From Cyanobacteria bacterium J06626_4 (lineage in GTDB: Bacteria; Cyanobacteriota; Cyanobacteriia; Phormidesmidales; Phormidesmidaceae): DNA of 25,553 nt. The position numbers were made by a program, and so were the translations under genes. Positions 1 through 9,948 of the stretch are shown piece by piece (positions within the stretch are counted from its first letter, which is position 1; every line of letters begins with the position of its first letter). The DNA lies in NCBI GenBank assembly GCA_038523235.1, contig JBCBJQ010000087.1:1-25553 (forward strand). Reading direction: 5' to 3'. The notes below the pieces were generated by a model. That model did no database searches, was not told where the DNA came from, and saw only the letters and a program-made list of their open reading frames with translations.

Positions 1-78
1 GGGTTTGTCGTTGGGGTCATTATCGTCTATCAAATTCTCTACAGTGATGTCTCAGATCATTTACCCGAATATGCCACC
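1..78 (+). pseudogene. devC: Inverted internal fragment of devC (GFVVGVIIVYQILYSDVSDHLPEYAT), opposite in orientation to the rest of devC
   Basis: Frame +1 from base 1 translates to GFVVGVIIVYQILYSDVSDHLPEYAT, then TAA at 79-81. This is the conserved DevC segment that normally follows '...IGFIFSLG' after about 3 residues. Confidence 0.9.
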
Positions 79-882
79 TAAACTGAAAATAAATCCAATT
101 GACGTACTGTTGCGCCAGTAATTTGCCTCGAAATCAATAAATTCTTGCCGAGTCATAATCGTGATGTCATTTGGAAGGTTTTGTCGAATCAAATTTGCTG
201 TTGCGTTTACATCACTTCCCGGTTTCAGGCGAATTAGCCCCACGCTGACCTCACCAGCTTGCCTGTCGCTAAAAATTCGGAGAAAATTTTGGTCGCTCGT
301 CATGACGCTACCGTCGGCAACGAAGGAGGCTCCCACTGCATACAGACCACCCAGTACAAGCTGACGACCTAGAATTTCAGTCGTTACCCACTCGCCCTCA
401 GCAATCTCGGTAATTGCCTCTTCGTAGTTCCCACGTGATTCGCGATCAAACAGCAGCGTGTCTGGGAAAAGCATCGTGTTAGCCTGCAACGGCAGTTCGG
501 GTAAATCGAAGGCCGGTCTTAGCGGATCGAAGCCCAACACGATAATGGAGGTGTCTCTACGAGTTTGCGGGTTTTTCCAAAAGGCAATGCTGACGTACAG
601 TGGCGCGGTTGAAGCAACCTGAGGAAAGTTTTCGGCCTGAAACAAGCGACGCCGAGGAAACGTATTCAAATTACTCAAGTTTTGAGCTGTTGGATTCAGC
701 ATCACTAAATCGGCACTTAACCGATTATGTAAGCGCGTATTACTGTCATATAAGGCATTTTGAAAACCGAGTTGCATCAGGATCAAAATATTGGCAAAGG
801 CAATGCCTGCGATCGCGGTTAGAAATCGCCCTTTTCGACGAATGAGCTGTAGCCAGGCTAGAGGTATCTCTCTTCTAAACAT
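61..882 (-). pseudogene. devC: DevC-family ABC exporter permease (FtsX-like), 3'-truncated at the inversion junction
   Basis: The N-terminus IPLAWLQL...LTAIAGIAFANILILMQLGFQNALYDS and the motifs SFVADGSVMTSDQNFLRIF and EFIDFEANYW..STSIGFIFSLG are typical of DevC. Homology stops at FSLG (76-81); the last residues GIFG* come from the inverted piece. The ORF is 273 aa and lacks the C-terminal TM helices. Confidence 0.9.
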
Positions 883-1005
883 TGCCTAAAATCTTTGTCG
901 ATAGTTCCGCTTAACGTCTGCTTTAGTCAGGGGGGGACTGAGAAATATTGCAGGCCATCTTAGTTATCTATTGTTTAATCGAATTTCTCATTTCGTACAT
1001 ATTCT

Positions 1006-2214
1006 CTATTCCTCAGGCTGGATTTCAACATTTACCTGCAGGTTAGTTAAACCGTTAGCAATCTTGGTCGATCGCTCGTCGAGTCGAATGCGGACTTCGA
1101 TCACCCGTGCATCGGTAGCCGCCGTTGGCGTGGTATCGAGAACATCCCGGGTCGCGACTTTCAACCCAATTTCTTCGACTGTTCCGGTCAAGGTTTCTGA
1201 AAACACCCCTGTTGGACTACTGGCGACGGCTCGTTGTCCCTGACGCACCTCGTCAATATCACTTTCAAAGACTTCAGCCACGATAATCATCTGAGCGGTA
1301 TCCCCTAGTTCGACGATGCCGTCATTACCGATCGTCTCTCCCACCAGCGTTTGGATTGCCAACACCTGGGCATCTCTGGGTGCTCGAATAAACGCAGTCT
1401 CAAGCTCCGCTTGTAGACGGTTGGCACTTGCAATGGCCTGCTCTACCTCCGCCTTGGCAACAGCAATATCTTGTGGCTGTACCGTGATCTCTTGATCCAA
1501 AATGGCCCGCGCCTCTCTAATCTGCGCCGCTAATGTTTGAATTAATTGACTGGTGCGAGCAGTCTGCTCGTTCAACGCTTCTTGAGTAGTTTCAAGGGCC
1601 AGCAACTGGGTGTCCAAGGTAGCCTCAGCAATCGCTCCTTCGGCAAACAGTGAGCGACTTCTTTGCAAATCCACTCTGGCGTTTTCCACTTCTGCTTCCA
1701 GACCAGCAACCACCGCCTGCTGAGCTTGAATCTCTCCTGCCAACTGTGCCTCTAGCCGAGCCACCACAGCGCGGCGAGCGGCTATCGCTTCCGCCCCTGT
1801 GGCTGACTGAACCTGAGCTAAACGCGTCTCTGCCAGCCTCACTTGTTGATTAGCTTCAGCGAGGGCCGCTTGTAAGCGATCTCGACTATTCAATACGGCA
1901 ATCACTTGACCGGTCTTAACCTGGTCACCCTCACCGACACGTAATTCGGCCACCCGATTAGCAACTGCCTGATTACTGGATGCTGAAACCTGAATGACCC
2001 CATCAGCCGGTTCTAATCGGCCTAAAGCATTTACGGTCGTCGGAACGGGAGAGGGAACCGATGAGGCCACCGGTAATTCTTCAGGCTGCTCGCGTGAGAT
2101 ATAGACAATGCCGCCCACAAGCAATACACAGGCAAAGCCAAGACCGATGAACCAGCGACGATGACTGAGGAAAAACCAGCTTTGGTCGATATCAGATGAT
2201 TGTTCCACAAACAC
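1006..2214 (-). CDS. devB: DevB-family HlyD-type membrane fusion (periplasmic adaptor) subunit of an ABC exporter
   Basis: N-terminal TM anchor, VNALGRLEPADGVIQVSA, lipoyl-like half motif VAELRVGEGDQVKTGQVIAVL, long coiled coil, AEVFESDIDEVRQGQ and DARVIEVRIRLD...LTNLQVNVEI. Lies directly upstream of devC. GTG start. Confidence 0.92.
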   Translation of the reverse strand: MFVEQSSDIDQSWFFLSHRRWFIGLGFACVLLVGGIVYISREQPEELPVASSVPSPVPTTVNALGRLEPADGVIQVSASSNQAVANRVAELRVGEGDQVKTGQVIAVLNSRDRLQAALAEANQQVRLAETRLAQVQSATGAEAIAARRAVVARLEAQLAGEIQAQQAVVAGLEAEVENARVDLQRSRSLFAEGAIAEATLDTQLLALETTQEALNEQTARTSQLIQTLAAQIREARAILDQEITVQPQDIAVAKAEVEQAIASANRLQAELETAFIRAPRDAQVLAIQTLVGETIGNDGIVELGDTAQMIIVAEVFESDIDEVRQGQRAVASSPTGVFSETLTGTVEEIGLKVATRDVLDTTPTAATDARVIEVRIRLDERSTKIANGLTNLQVNVEIQPEE

Positions 2215-2831
2215 ACCTTAAATCGATTTCAAAAAATATGAGTCCCGGCATAAATCAGCAATCGACTGGGATTTTTAATGCTGAAATCCAGGTATTTTGC
2301 CTTTAGCGGTAACAGACTTAATAGAAAGATAACAGCGGTTTATGATTTTTTAACAGTTCTGAATAGCATCAAAAACCATGACTACGGTCATAGTTGTAAA
2401 ATGGAAAGTTACGCTGTGCGCCCGACAAATCTTATTCGCTCCAGTATCTTTAGCTGCTAAGTCAAGTTAGATACGGAAGTGAGATTTTATGCGTCTAGAT
2501 GTCTAACGAATTAAGGATGAGTTGAGCACTTTTGCCGTCAGCAATTTAGTCCGAAACTGCTGCCAGCTGAGTGGGACTTTCCTGAATGGGGTTTGCCGAT
2601 CGGACGATTTCAGAGATCTCGTTTTCATCTTCACTCGCCAATCTTCTGATCGGTTGGGATTGTATCGTTTGACTGAGCGGCATTATGTACGAACCAGGTC
2701 AGGCCAGCCATGCTCTAGACCGGTTTATTCGGGCAAAGGGCGTTGCTGACATGAGGAATGAACGGATGGCAGGAACTCTCATTCCGTCAGGGCGGCTCAA
2801 CGTTGGTTCCTAGATAATCAGCAGTGCCCCA

Positions 2832-3725
2832 TCAGGCTGACCTGAGAGGCGAGGCGTCGGCGATCGCCTGCAGAGCAGTCTCTATATTTTGGGGTGCATA
2901 ACCCAGAGCAAAAGCCTTTTGACTGTTGAGCGAAACATCTGGCGGGCGCGGCGTGGCGAGGGCGATCGCTGATTGTCGGCAGGGGGTAAGAGCAGCAGTT
3001 GGCAAGCCAAAACTATCGGCCATGAGCAGGCCAAACTCATATCGACTCAATCGCTGCGGCCCGCCCAGATGTAGTAAACCGGTCAGATTTTGCTCTAAGG
3101 CCAGGCGCAGCCCTTGAACGACATCGGTCACGGCGGCGGGGGTGCGAATTTCGTCGGTAAACAGGGTGAGGGGCTGCCCCGCGGCGATCGTCGCCAGAAA
3201 ATCTTGCAAAAAGCAGGTGGCAGTTGGTGTCTGAGGGCCAAACAGTAGCGGCAGCCGACACACCGTTGCCTCCGGATACGCCGCTAAAATTTGCGTCTCG
3301 GCGAGGGCTTTGTGGCGGCCATAGGTATTGAGCGGGGTGGGCAGAGTCGCTTCGTCATAGGGCGGGGTTGTGCCATCAAATACCAAATCAGTTGACGTGA
3401 AGATAAAAGGGACGGCGTGATGGGCGCAGCGTTGGGCCAAGTGGACGGCCCCTGACACATTGACGCGATAACTCCTGTCGGGAAACTGTTGGCACTGGTT
3501 GGCTTTGGACAGAGCCGCGGTGTGAATCACGGCATCTGGTTTTACCCGCTGCCAAACCGCGTCAATCGATGGCTCATGGGTCAAATCTAGGGCGATCGAA
3601 CCGCCAGTCAGTAGGGGCACAGGCTGAGTATGGTGAGTGCCCCAAATCTGCCAGTCACGCGACAGCAGGCGACAGGCGTGCCCCCCTAAAAATCCACTTG
3701 CACCAGTAATGAGTAGCGATCGCAT
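2832..3725 (-). CDS. NAD(P)-dependent extended SDR, RmlD (dTDP-4-dehydrorhamnose reductase)-like
   Basis: Rossmann motif LLITGASGFLG, PDAVIHTAA, STDLVFDG, catalytic YGRHK (YxxxK), LFTDEIRTP and RPPDVSLNS. Start moved to ATG 3725, which is preceded by GGGAAGG and immediately precedes the Rossmann motif. Confidence 0.85.
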   Translation of the reverse strand: MRSLLITGASGFLGGHACRLLSRDWQIWGTHHTQPVPLLTGGSIALDLTHEPSIDAVWQRVKPDAVIHTAALSKANQCQQFPDRSYRVNVSGAVHLAQRCAHHAVPFIFTSTDLVFDGTTPPYDEATLPTPLNTYGRHKALAETQILAAYPEATVCRLPLLFGPQTPTATCFLQDFLATIAAGQPLTLFTDEIRTPAAVTDVVQGLRLALEQNLTGLLHLGGPQRLSRYEFGLLMADSFGLPTAALTPCRQSAIALATPRPPDVSLNSQKAFALGYAPQNIETALQAIADASPLRSA

Positions 3726-3855
3726 AGCCTTCCCTGCAAGTTTCTCCCCCGGTTTTGCCACCTGAACTAGTTTGGTCAGGCAAGGGAACAATTGTCCAAT
3801 TTCGGCAGATCAGGCTACATTGAGCCATGAATCTGGCCTCGGAAAGGATGACCCC

Positions 3856-5214
3856 ATGAATTCTGGTTCTCAGCCTAACAGCGAAAATCAGGTCCCTGAT
3901 CAAGAGGGGGCGACGGCTGCTTTGTCAGAGACTCAGGCTGAGGTTGCCAGTGCTCTTGCCACGCATGGAGAAGCGCCCTCAGAGATGGGAGTCGCGCCTG
4001 ACGCGACGGGATCAATGTCTGCTTCAACTAATGGGCAGAATCCCTATGCTGATGATGCCGGTATGGCGTCAAAGCCAGACGGAGAACTGACAAGGGCAAC
4101 GATGGCTGCGGGGTCGAAAAGTCCGCCAGCGGTGATCGTCATCTTAGGTGGCGTGATCTTTGTCGGGTTGGGAATTGCCTTCAACCTCATGTGGTTGACC
4201 TTGATTGGCGCTTTATTGACGCTGGTCTTGTCTTGGGGTTTGCTATGGCCGTCGGTGGCCTATTTGCTGGCTGACCTGTCACCTCAGCAGCGATCGATCA
4301 TTGTTGCCCTACCGGCATTTGTGATCGGCCTTTACGGACTCATGGAAGCGACGGGCATCAATCAAGCCATTCGAGACTGGGGCTTGACGCTGCGCTGGGA
4401 TATTTTGGGCGCTTTTGGAGACTTTTTAGGGGCGATCGGGCAAATCTTTGTAGCTTTATTGGCACTGTTTGTCGCTTGGCGGCAATATGTGATTTCCCGA
4501 GATTTAACTCTGCAGCAAAACCGGATTACTCAGCAGCAAACGATTGATGCTTACTTTCAAGGCATTTCTGAACTGGTCTTAGACGACGAAGGTCTACTAG
4601 AAGACTGGCCGCAAGAACGGATCATTGCCGAAGCGCGCACCGCCGCAATTTTGACCAGTATTGATGCGCCGGGCAAAGCCAAAATCATTCGCTTTTTGTC
4701 GCGATCGCGTCTCCTCACCCCTTTACAACGAGACGAGCATCTCGGTCGCCCAATTTTAGATGGCAAGGGGGGGTATGCCGAAGACCGAGAACGAGGACTG
4801 CGGGTCATTAATCTAGGCGCAATTTTAGCCAATGCCGATCTCTCGGGCACCGATCTCCGCTGGACAGATTTGAGTGATGTTAATTTGATTCGGGCCGACC
4901 TCACCCAGGGCGACCTGGTGCGCACTAACTTCATTCGGACAATTCTGTATCAGGCTACGCTCAATGAGGCCGATTTGATGGGGGCCACCTTCTTTAGTGG
5001 CTCCTACGAAACGGCGTCTCCTCGCAGTCGGGTCACGGCTCCTGACTTCACCACCGGGGAGCAGACTGGGGCCGTCGTCGAAGATGCTGACTTTTCTAAT
5101 GTGAAGCGGATGTCAGAGGCGCAGCGACAATACTGCTGTCGCTGGGGCGGTGACAAAACACGCTCGACGATTCCCGGCGGCTGCGAAGGGATTCCCAATT
5201 GCTTAGGCCGGTAA
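3856..5214 (+). CDS. Membrane-anchored pentapeptide-repeat protein
   Basis: Acidic disordered N-terminus, about 4 hydrophobic segments, QQNRITQQQTIDAYFQGISEL, then A(D/N)Lxx pentapeptide repeats (ANADLSGTDLRWTDLSDVNLIRADLTQGDL). Start moved to ATG 3856 after GGAAAGGA. Confidence 0.85.
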   Translation: MNSGSQPNSENQVPDQEGATAALSETQAEVASALATHGEAPSEMGVAPDATGSMSASTNGQNPYADDAGMASKPDGELTRATMAAGSKSPPAVIVILGGVIFVGLGIAFNLMWLTLIGALLTLVLSWGLLWPSVAYLLADLSPQQRSIIVALPAFVIGLYGLMEATGINQAIRDWGLTLRWDILGAFGDFLGAIGQIFVALLALFVAWRQYVISRDLTLQQNRITQQQTIDAYFQGISELVLDDEGLLEDWPQERIIAEARTAAILTSIDAPGKAKIIRFLSRSRLLTPLQRDEHLGRPILDGKGGYAEDRERGLRVINLGAILANADLSGTDLRWTDLSDVNLIRADLTQGDLVRTNFIRTILYQATLNEADLMGATFFSGSYETASPRSRVTAPDFTTGEQTGAVVEDADFSNVKRMSEAQRQYCCRWGGDKTRSTIPGGCEGIPNCLGR

Positions 5215-5220
5215 ACAATC

Positions 5221-5249
5221 TTACGGATAACTCTGCAAGGTATTCGTAA
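5221..5249 (+). terminator. Hairpin just after the pentapeptide gene
   Basis: TTACGGATA-N11-TATTCGTAA, a 9-bp stem with one G-U pair, 7 nt after the stop. No U-tract. Confidence 0.35.
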
Positions 5250-5612
5250 AGAATAGGTAGAACGTCCCTAAGGTCAAGAGTGCCACTTTAGGCTGAGAAC
5301 AGGGAACTAATAAGAACAATTCTCCCTCATAAACAAGCAATGGCTCTAGTCGCAATGAGTTCGTTTAGCAACAGGGGCTCCCTACGATCACGAGGTCAGC
5401 GTGGCGACATTTTTTCCCTTTTGACGACCTATTCAGACCCTCGGCCAGAGGCATGATTTGCTAGTCGAGCGGGCACTCATGGCTCCAGTCAGCTCTCCAC
5501 AAAACTGCGATACTGCATTGCTCTCGTGAGTGAGGGGGATTCTAAAGCTCAACGGCCTGGCATTTCAAAATTCCTGTGTGCTCTATTGATTCGTTATACC
5601 TATTGCTAATCC

Positions 5613-7268
5613 ATGCCCAAAACTAAAGCACCTGTTAAGAGTCGGAAAAAAGCTGCTGCTACCGCCTCTGAGGCTGAACCAGTACTCTCCCGCAAGGAAC
5701 AGCGAAAACTTGAGCGCGCGCGTGCTCAAAATCGTCAGGCGGTCATTCAATCCCTCGCTATGGTGCTGGGCATTGCAACCGTCTTAGCCGCAATCGCCAG
5801 CTTTGTATTGGAGCCCAAGCTGGGGGTGGCCGCCGGTTTAGCGATCGCCTGTTTAGGGTTGTCCTACCGCTTTCCTCGTTTTGCCATTTATGGATTTATT
5901 TTCTACTTACCGCTGAGCGGCACCGTCACCTACGCACTCGGTGGCAGTCCCATTCTACAGTTAGCTAAAGATGCGATCTTCTTTCCTGCTCTGCTAAGAG
6001 TCATCTTATTCTGCAAAGAATACAATCAACGCCTAATTTTTCCTCAAGCCATGAGGATTCCTTTCATTATTTTCATGACCTATTGCACAGCTGTTTTGTT
6101 GTTTGTCAATGGAGCGCAGCAACTTTCAGCACAAGGAGAAATGCCGATTCCGCTGGGAATATTAGGTCTAAAAGCTTTGGTCGGCTATTTGCTACTCATT
6201 ACATGCATCCACTATCTCATAAGAACTAAGGCCGACCTTTATTTCTTGCTGCGCACACAGGTCGTTTTCATTATTATCTGTTGTGGGCTAGGTTTTGTGC
6301 AGTATCTTATGTTGACAACGGGAGTCTGCCCACCAACCCAGGGAACTGGTGACGAGCTTTTTAAGGCTTCTTTAGAAAGCCGATGCTTCGTTGGAGGCGC
6401 CCTCTTATACAGTCCTCAATTTGGGGTGATTCGTCTTCCAGGTACTTTTGTGGCACCTTGGCAGTGGGGTTGGTTTTTGATTTCCAGCACGTTTTTTGCT
6501 TTTGGCACTGCCTTCAATGATCGCTCTGTGATATGGCGTGCTGTCGGTATTCTCTCAATGGTCATGGTGGGAGTGATGGCGGTTGTTTCAGGGCAGAGAA
6601 TTGCCCTAGCCCTCGTCCCGGCATCAACGCTCCTTCTACTCTTGATGACTGGGCAGCTTCTCAAACCGAAGCGATTTTTGCCGATCGGCATTGGCCTGGC
6701 TTTGATCCTGGTGTTTTTGGCGCAACAGTATCCAGATGTGCTAAATGATAGCTTCCAAAGTCTAGTGGGTCGGTGGAATGCGGCTCCTCCCACTGATTTT
6801 ATTATGCACCAGCTCCAGTGGGCTATGAATGAACAACAAGGTTTCTTAGGGCGCGGTTTGGGAAGAGCGACCAATGCTGCTCGCATCTTTGGTAAAGTCT
6901 CGCTTGTAGAAACCTATCATTCCAAAGTTTTGTTTGAGATTGCCCCACTGGGCTTAGTTTTACTGCTATCGCTATTTACAATTTTAGTCATCACCAGTTT
7001 TAAGGCTTATCGATCGCTCAAAGATCCTAGCCTTCGAGGTTACGGGGCCTCCATGTTTACTTTCGTTTTTTTTATTAGCTACTTTCCCTACTATTATCCG
7101 CTAGATGTCGATCCGGTGAATGTTTATTACTGGCTAGCAGCAGGGATTGCCTTAAAGCTTCCTGACCTAGATCGTCAAGAGCGAATGAAAGGCGGTTTGG
7201 GTAAGAAATTGTCGAAAAAAGAATTGAAGCAACTCAAAAAATCACAGCAGGCCATTGAGTTTAGATAG
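5613..7268 (+). CDS. hpsL: Hormogonium polysaccharide biosynthesis protein HpsL (Wzy/O-antigen-ligase-like polytopic membrane protein)
   Basis: Basic N-terminus, more than 10 TM segments, and motifs QLAKD, IRLPGTFVAPWQWGWFLISS, SGQRIALALVP, GRGLGRATNAAR, ETYHSK and YYPLDVDPVNVYYWLAAG that I recognise from cyanobacterial HpsL. Confidence 0.8.
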   Translation: MPKTKAPVKSRKKAAATASEAEPVLSRKEQRKLERARAQNRQAVIQSLAMVLGIATVLAAIASFVLEPKLGVAAGLAIACLGLSYRFPRFAIYGFIFYLPLSGTVTYALGGSPILQLAKDAIFFPALLRVILFCKEYNQRLIFPQAMRIPFIIFMTYCTAVLLFVNGAQQLSAQGEMPIPLGILGLKALVGYLLLITCIHYLIRTKADLYFLLRTQVVFIIICCGLGFVQYLMLTTGVCPPTQGTGDELFKASLESRCFVGGALLYSPQFGVIRLPGTFVAPWQWGWFLISSTFFAFGTAFNDRSVIWRAVGILSMVMVGVMAVVSGQRIALALVPASTLLLLLMTGQLLKPKRFLPIGIGLALILVFLAQQYPDVLNDSFQSLVGRWNAAPPTDFIMHQLQWAMNEQQGFLGRGLGRATNAARIFGKVSLVETYHSKVLFEIAPLGLVLLLSLFTILVITSFKAYRSLKDPSLRGYGASMFTFVFFISYFPYYYPLDVDPVNVYYWLAAGIALKLPDLDRQERMKGGLGKKLSKKELKQLKKSQQAIEFR

Positions 7269-7483
7269 GATGAGATGTCTCTAGGTGTAGTGACCAGACT
7301 CGAGGGGCAACCAGCCGCTAATTACTGCAATCAGCTGTTGCTCTCATGACATTCAAAATTAATTCTTGCTAACAATTAGCTTGGGAGACCAAGATTCAAT
7401 AACGTGGAATAGACCAAGACGACTATTCATCGTCAGGCAAGCTGCCTTACTAAGAATGGGCGTTGATAAAATCCTGATTCATT

Positions 7484-9697
7484 ATGGATTTGTTTGACCA
7501 CCACCGCGAAGCGCAAATTGACGCCGAAGCGCCGCTTGCGGCACGAATGCGCCCCCGCACGCTGGATGAGTTCATCGGGCAAGATGCTGTAGTGGGGCCA
7601 GGACGACTCTTGCGACGCGCGATTCAGGCCGATCAGCTGTCGTCGCTGATTTTTCATGGGCCACCGGGTACCGGCAAAACCACCCTGGCACGGATTATTG
7701 CTAACACTACCAGCGCCCAATTCATCGCGCTGAATGCGGTGCTGGCAGGAGTGAAGGATATTCGCGAGGCGATCGCCCAAGCCCAATCACTCCGCGGCCA
7801 GTTTGGTCGCCGCACCATTTTGTTTGTGGATGAAGTGCATCGCTTCAACAAATCTCAGCAAGATGCGCTGCTGCCTTGGGTCGAAAATGGCACCGTCATT
7901 CTGATCGGGGCGACGACAGAAAATCCGTTCTTTGAAGTGAATAAGGCGCTGGTCAGCCGATCGCGCGTCTTTCAACTCAAGTCTTTGGAAAAAGGGGATC
8001 TATATCGCGTTGTGGAGCAGACGATCGCGGATCCTGGGCGCGGCTATGGCAAACGTTCCGTTGCCCTGGATGAGGCGGCATTAGATCATCTCGTCAATGT
8101 GGCTAATGGGGATGCGCGAGCCCTACTGAATGCGCTGGAACTGGCGATCGAAACCACCGCCCCGAACGCCCAAGGGACAATTCACATCACGCTAGCCGTA
8201 GCCGAAGAGTCGATTCAGCAGCGAGCCGTTCTCTATGACAAAGAAGGGGATGCCCACTTTGATACCATCAGCGCCTTTATCAAAAGCGTGCGCGGCTCCG
8301 ATCCCGATGCAGCGCTCTACTGGCTAGCCCGCATGGTCTACGCTGGCGAAGATCCGCGCTATCTGTTTCGGCGACTGGTGATTTTGGCCAGTGAAGATGT
8401 GGGCCTAGCCGATCCCCACGCTGTCACGGTGGTCAATAGCTGTGCCGCTGCCTTTGATCGCGTTGGCATGCCCGAGGGCCGCTATCCGCTCGCGCAAGCA
8501 ACGCTGTATCTGGCCACTGCGCCTAAATCCAATAGCACGATGGCCTTTTTTGATGCGTTGTCAGCGGTGGAAAAAGAGCAGCAGCGCGATGTGCCCAATC
8601 CGTTACGGGATCCCAACCGCGATAAAGAAGGTTTCGGTCACGGTCAGGGTTACCTGTATCCCCATTCTTATCGAGAACATTGGGTCGAGCAACAATATCT
8701 GCCGTCGGGGCTGCAGGGGCAGGTATTTTATCAGCCTTCGGAGCAGGGCTATGAGCAGTCGATTCGGACTCAGGTGGTGCGCCGCCGCGAAGCCCAACTG
8801 GCGGCCATGGTTGAAGGGACCAGCACGCCCAGTTCGGAATCACTCACCTACAGTCCAGCTAATCCGGCTCGCGATCGCTGGCTGCAGCGCACGCTTAGCC
8901 AAACCGGAGAACGGTTGGGGCAAGTGCGCGATCGCTTGTTTATCGCCTTATCACCCCAACGGCATCACACCGTGCTTGACCTGAATGCCCGTAGTGGTTT
9001 GCTCACCTGGGAGGCCGTGCGTCAGGTGCCCGAAGGCGGGGTGTATGCCCGCGTTGACGCCGAGCAAGATCTCGCCGCCCTGACCGAACAGGCCACACGC
9101 CTGCCTGAACTGCAACGTCCGGTAATTTTTCAAGTGACTCTGGCGGAGCTGCCGACAGCTTTGGCGAGTGTCGCCCCCAATGTCCATTTCGATCGCCTGG
9201 TCGGGCGTCATGTCTTTAGCGCGATCGCCCCAACCGCCGAGTTCATCCAGCCTCTAACGGAGTGGCTGGCCCCCAACGGTCAATTAGCGCTGAGCGAGAC
9301 CTTGCCCCGTGAGAGTCAGCGGCTGTGGGCACTCTTGCCCGCCGACACGGTCGAGAAGTCCTTGGGCGATCGCTGGCGGCAGGCCGAAGAGGCGCTCTAT
9401 GATGATCCGCAAAATCCGCGCTTTAGCTGGGATGGCCAAGCCTTAGCCGCTCTGATCGAGGCGGCTGGACTCGTGGTGCAGTGGTCACAAGCGCCCGCTG
9501 AGTCTGACCTGTGGATCAGTCCAGTGCTGTGCGATCGCTGGTTTGACGTGGCGAATCCGGCTAGTTATCGGAATCGCTTGGCTCCGGCATTGTCTGACGC
9601 CGAGTTGACTACCGTGGAACGGCAGCTCCGGCGCACCCTGCAAAATCAAACCGTACCTTGGCGATCTACTCAGCTATTTTTGACCGCAACGCGTTGA
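7484..9697 (+). CDS. rarA: Replication-associated recombination AAA+ ATPase RarA/MgsA with a C-terminal methyltransferase-like extension
   Basis: [18 protein letters not shown], Walker [10 protein letters not shown], Walker [60 protein letters not shown] and GYLYPH, followed by about 290 extra C-terminal residues. Confidence 0.93.
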   Translation: MDLFDHHREAQIDAEAPLAARMRPRTLDEFIGQDAVVGPGRLLRRAIQADQLSSLIFHGPPGTGKTTLARIIANTTSAQFIALNAVLAGVKDIREAIAQAQSLRGQFGRRTILFVDEVHRFNKSQQDALLPWVENGTVILIGATTENPFFEVNKALVSRSRVFQLKSLEKGDLYRVVEQTIADPGRGYGKRSVALDEAALDHLVNVANGDARALLNALELAIETTAPNAQGTIHITLAVAEESIQQRAVLYDKEGDAHFDTISAFIKSVRGSDPDAALYWLARMVYAGEDPRYLFRRLVILASEDVGLADPHAVTVVNSCAAAFDRVGMPEGRYPLAQATLYLATAPKSNSTMAFFDALSAVEKEQQRDVPNPLRDPNRDKEGFGHGQGYLYPHSYREHWVEQQYLPSGLQGQVFYQPSEQGYEQSIRTQVVRRREAQLAAMVEGTSTPSSESLTYSPANPARDRWLQRTLSQTGERLGQVRDRLFIALSPQRHHTVLDLNARSGLLTWEAVRQVPEGGVYARVDAEQDLAALTEQATRLPELQRPVIFQVTLAELPTALASVAPNVHFDRLVGRHVFSAIAPTAEFIQPLTEWLAPNGQLALSETLPRESQRLWALLPADTVEKSLGDRWRQAEEALYDDPQNPRFSWDGQALAALIEAAGLVVQWSQAPAESDLWISPVLCDRWFDVANPASYRNRLAPALSDAELTTVERQLRRTLQNQTVPWRSTQLFLTATR

Positions 9698-9948
9698 GAG
9701 CGGCATCGGGTTTCGGGACGGCATCGCTGATGGGCAAAGGTCGGGGCTAGGAGGGTTAGGGGCATCGCACCCTTTAGCAGGCGGCGACGACTCACCAGCA
9801 TTCGTGCAGCTCGCCCCGCACGCCCCCAACTTTTGCTGCCTGCAGTTCTAAAAACCCACTTGCCTGTAAGATTTTGAGGAACGAGGAACCGCTAGCGACC
9901 CGCTTGGGTCATGCTAGTATCTGCTAAAAAAATTGCCTGAATTTTTCT

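Noticed and set aside
930..936. G7 tract between devB and devC as a phase-variation site
   Set aside because: Short, intergenic, and not placed in a recognisable promoter spacer.
2525..2605. c-di-GMP-I riboswitch-like words on the minus strand (GGCAAAC...GAAA...GGACTAA)
   Set aside because: The arms flanking GAAA do not base-pair and the GACGCAAA element is missing.
2745..2805. Glutamine (glnA) riboswitch-like CGTT...GACGGAA on the minus strand
   Set aside because: The downstream conserved elements are absent. The region is better explained as a plain hairpin (CTGAC..GGAATGA / TCATTCC GTCAG) after the SDR gene.
5302..5310. SigJ box upstream of hpsL (GGGAACTAA)
   Set aside because: Only 5 of 9 positions match GGGAATACT.
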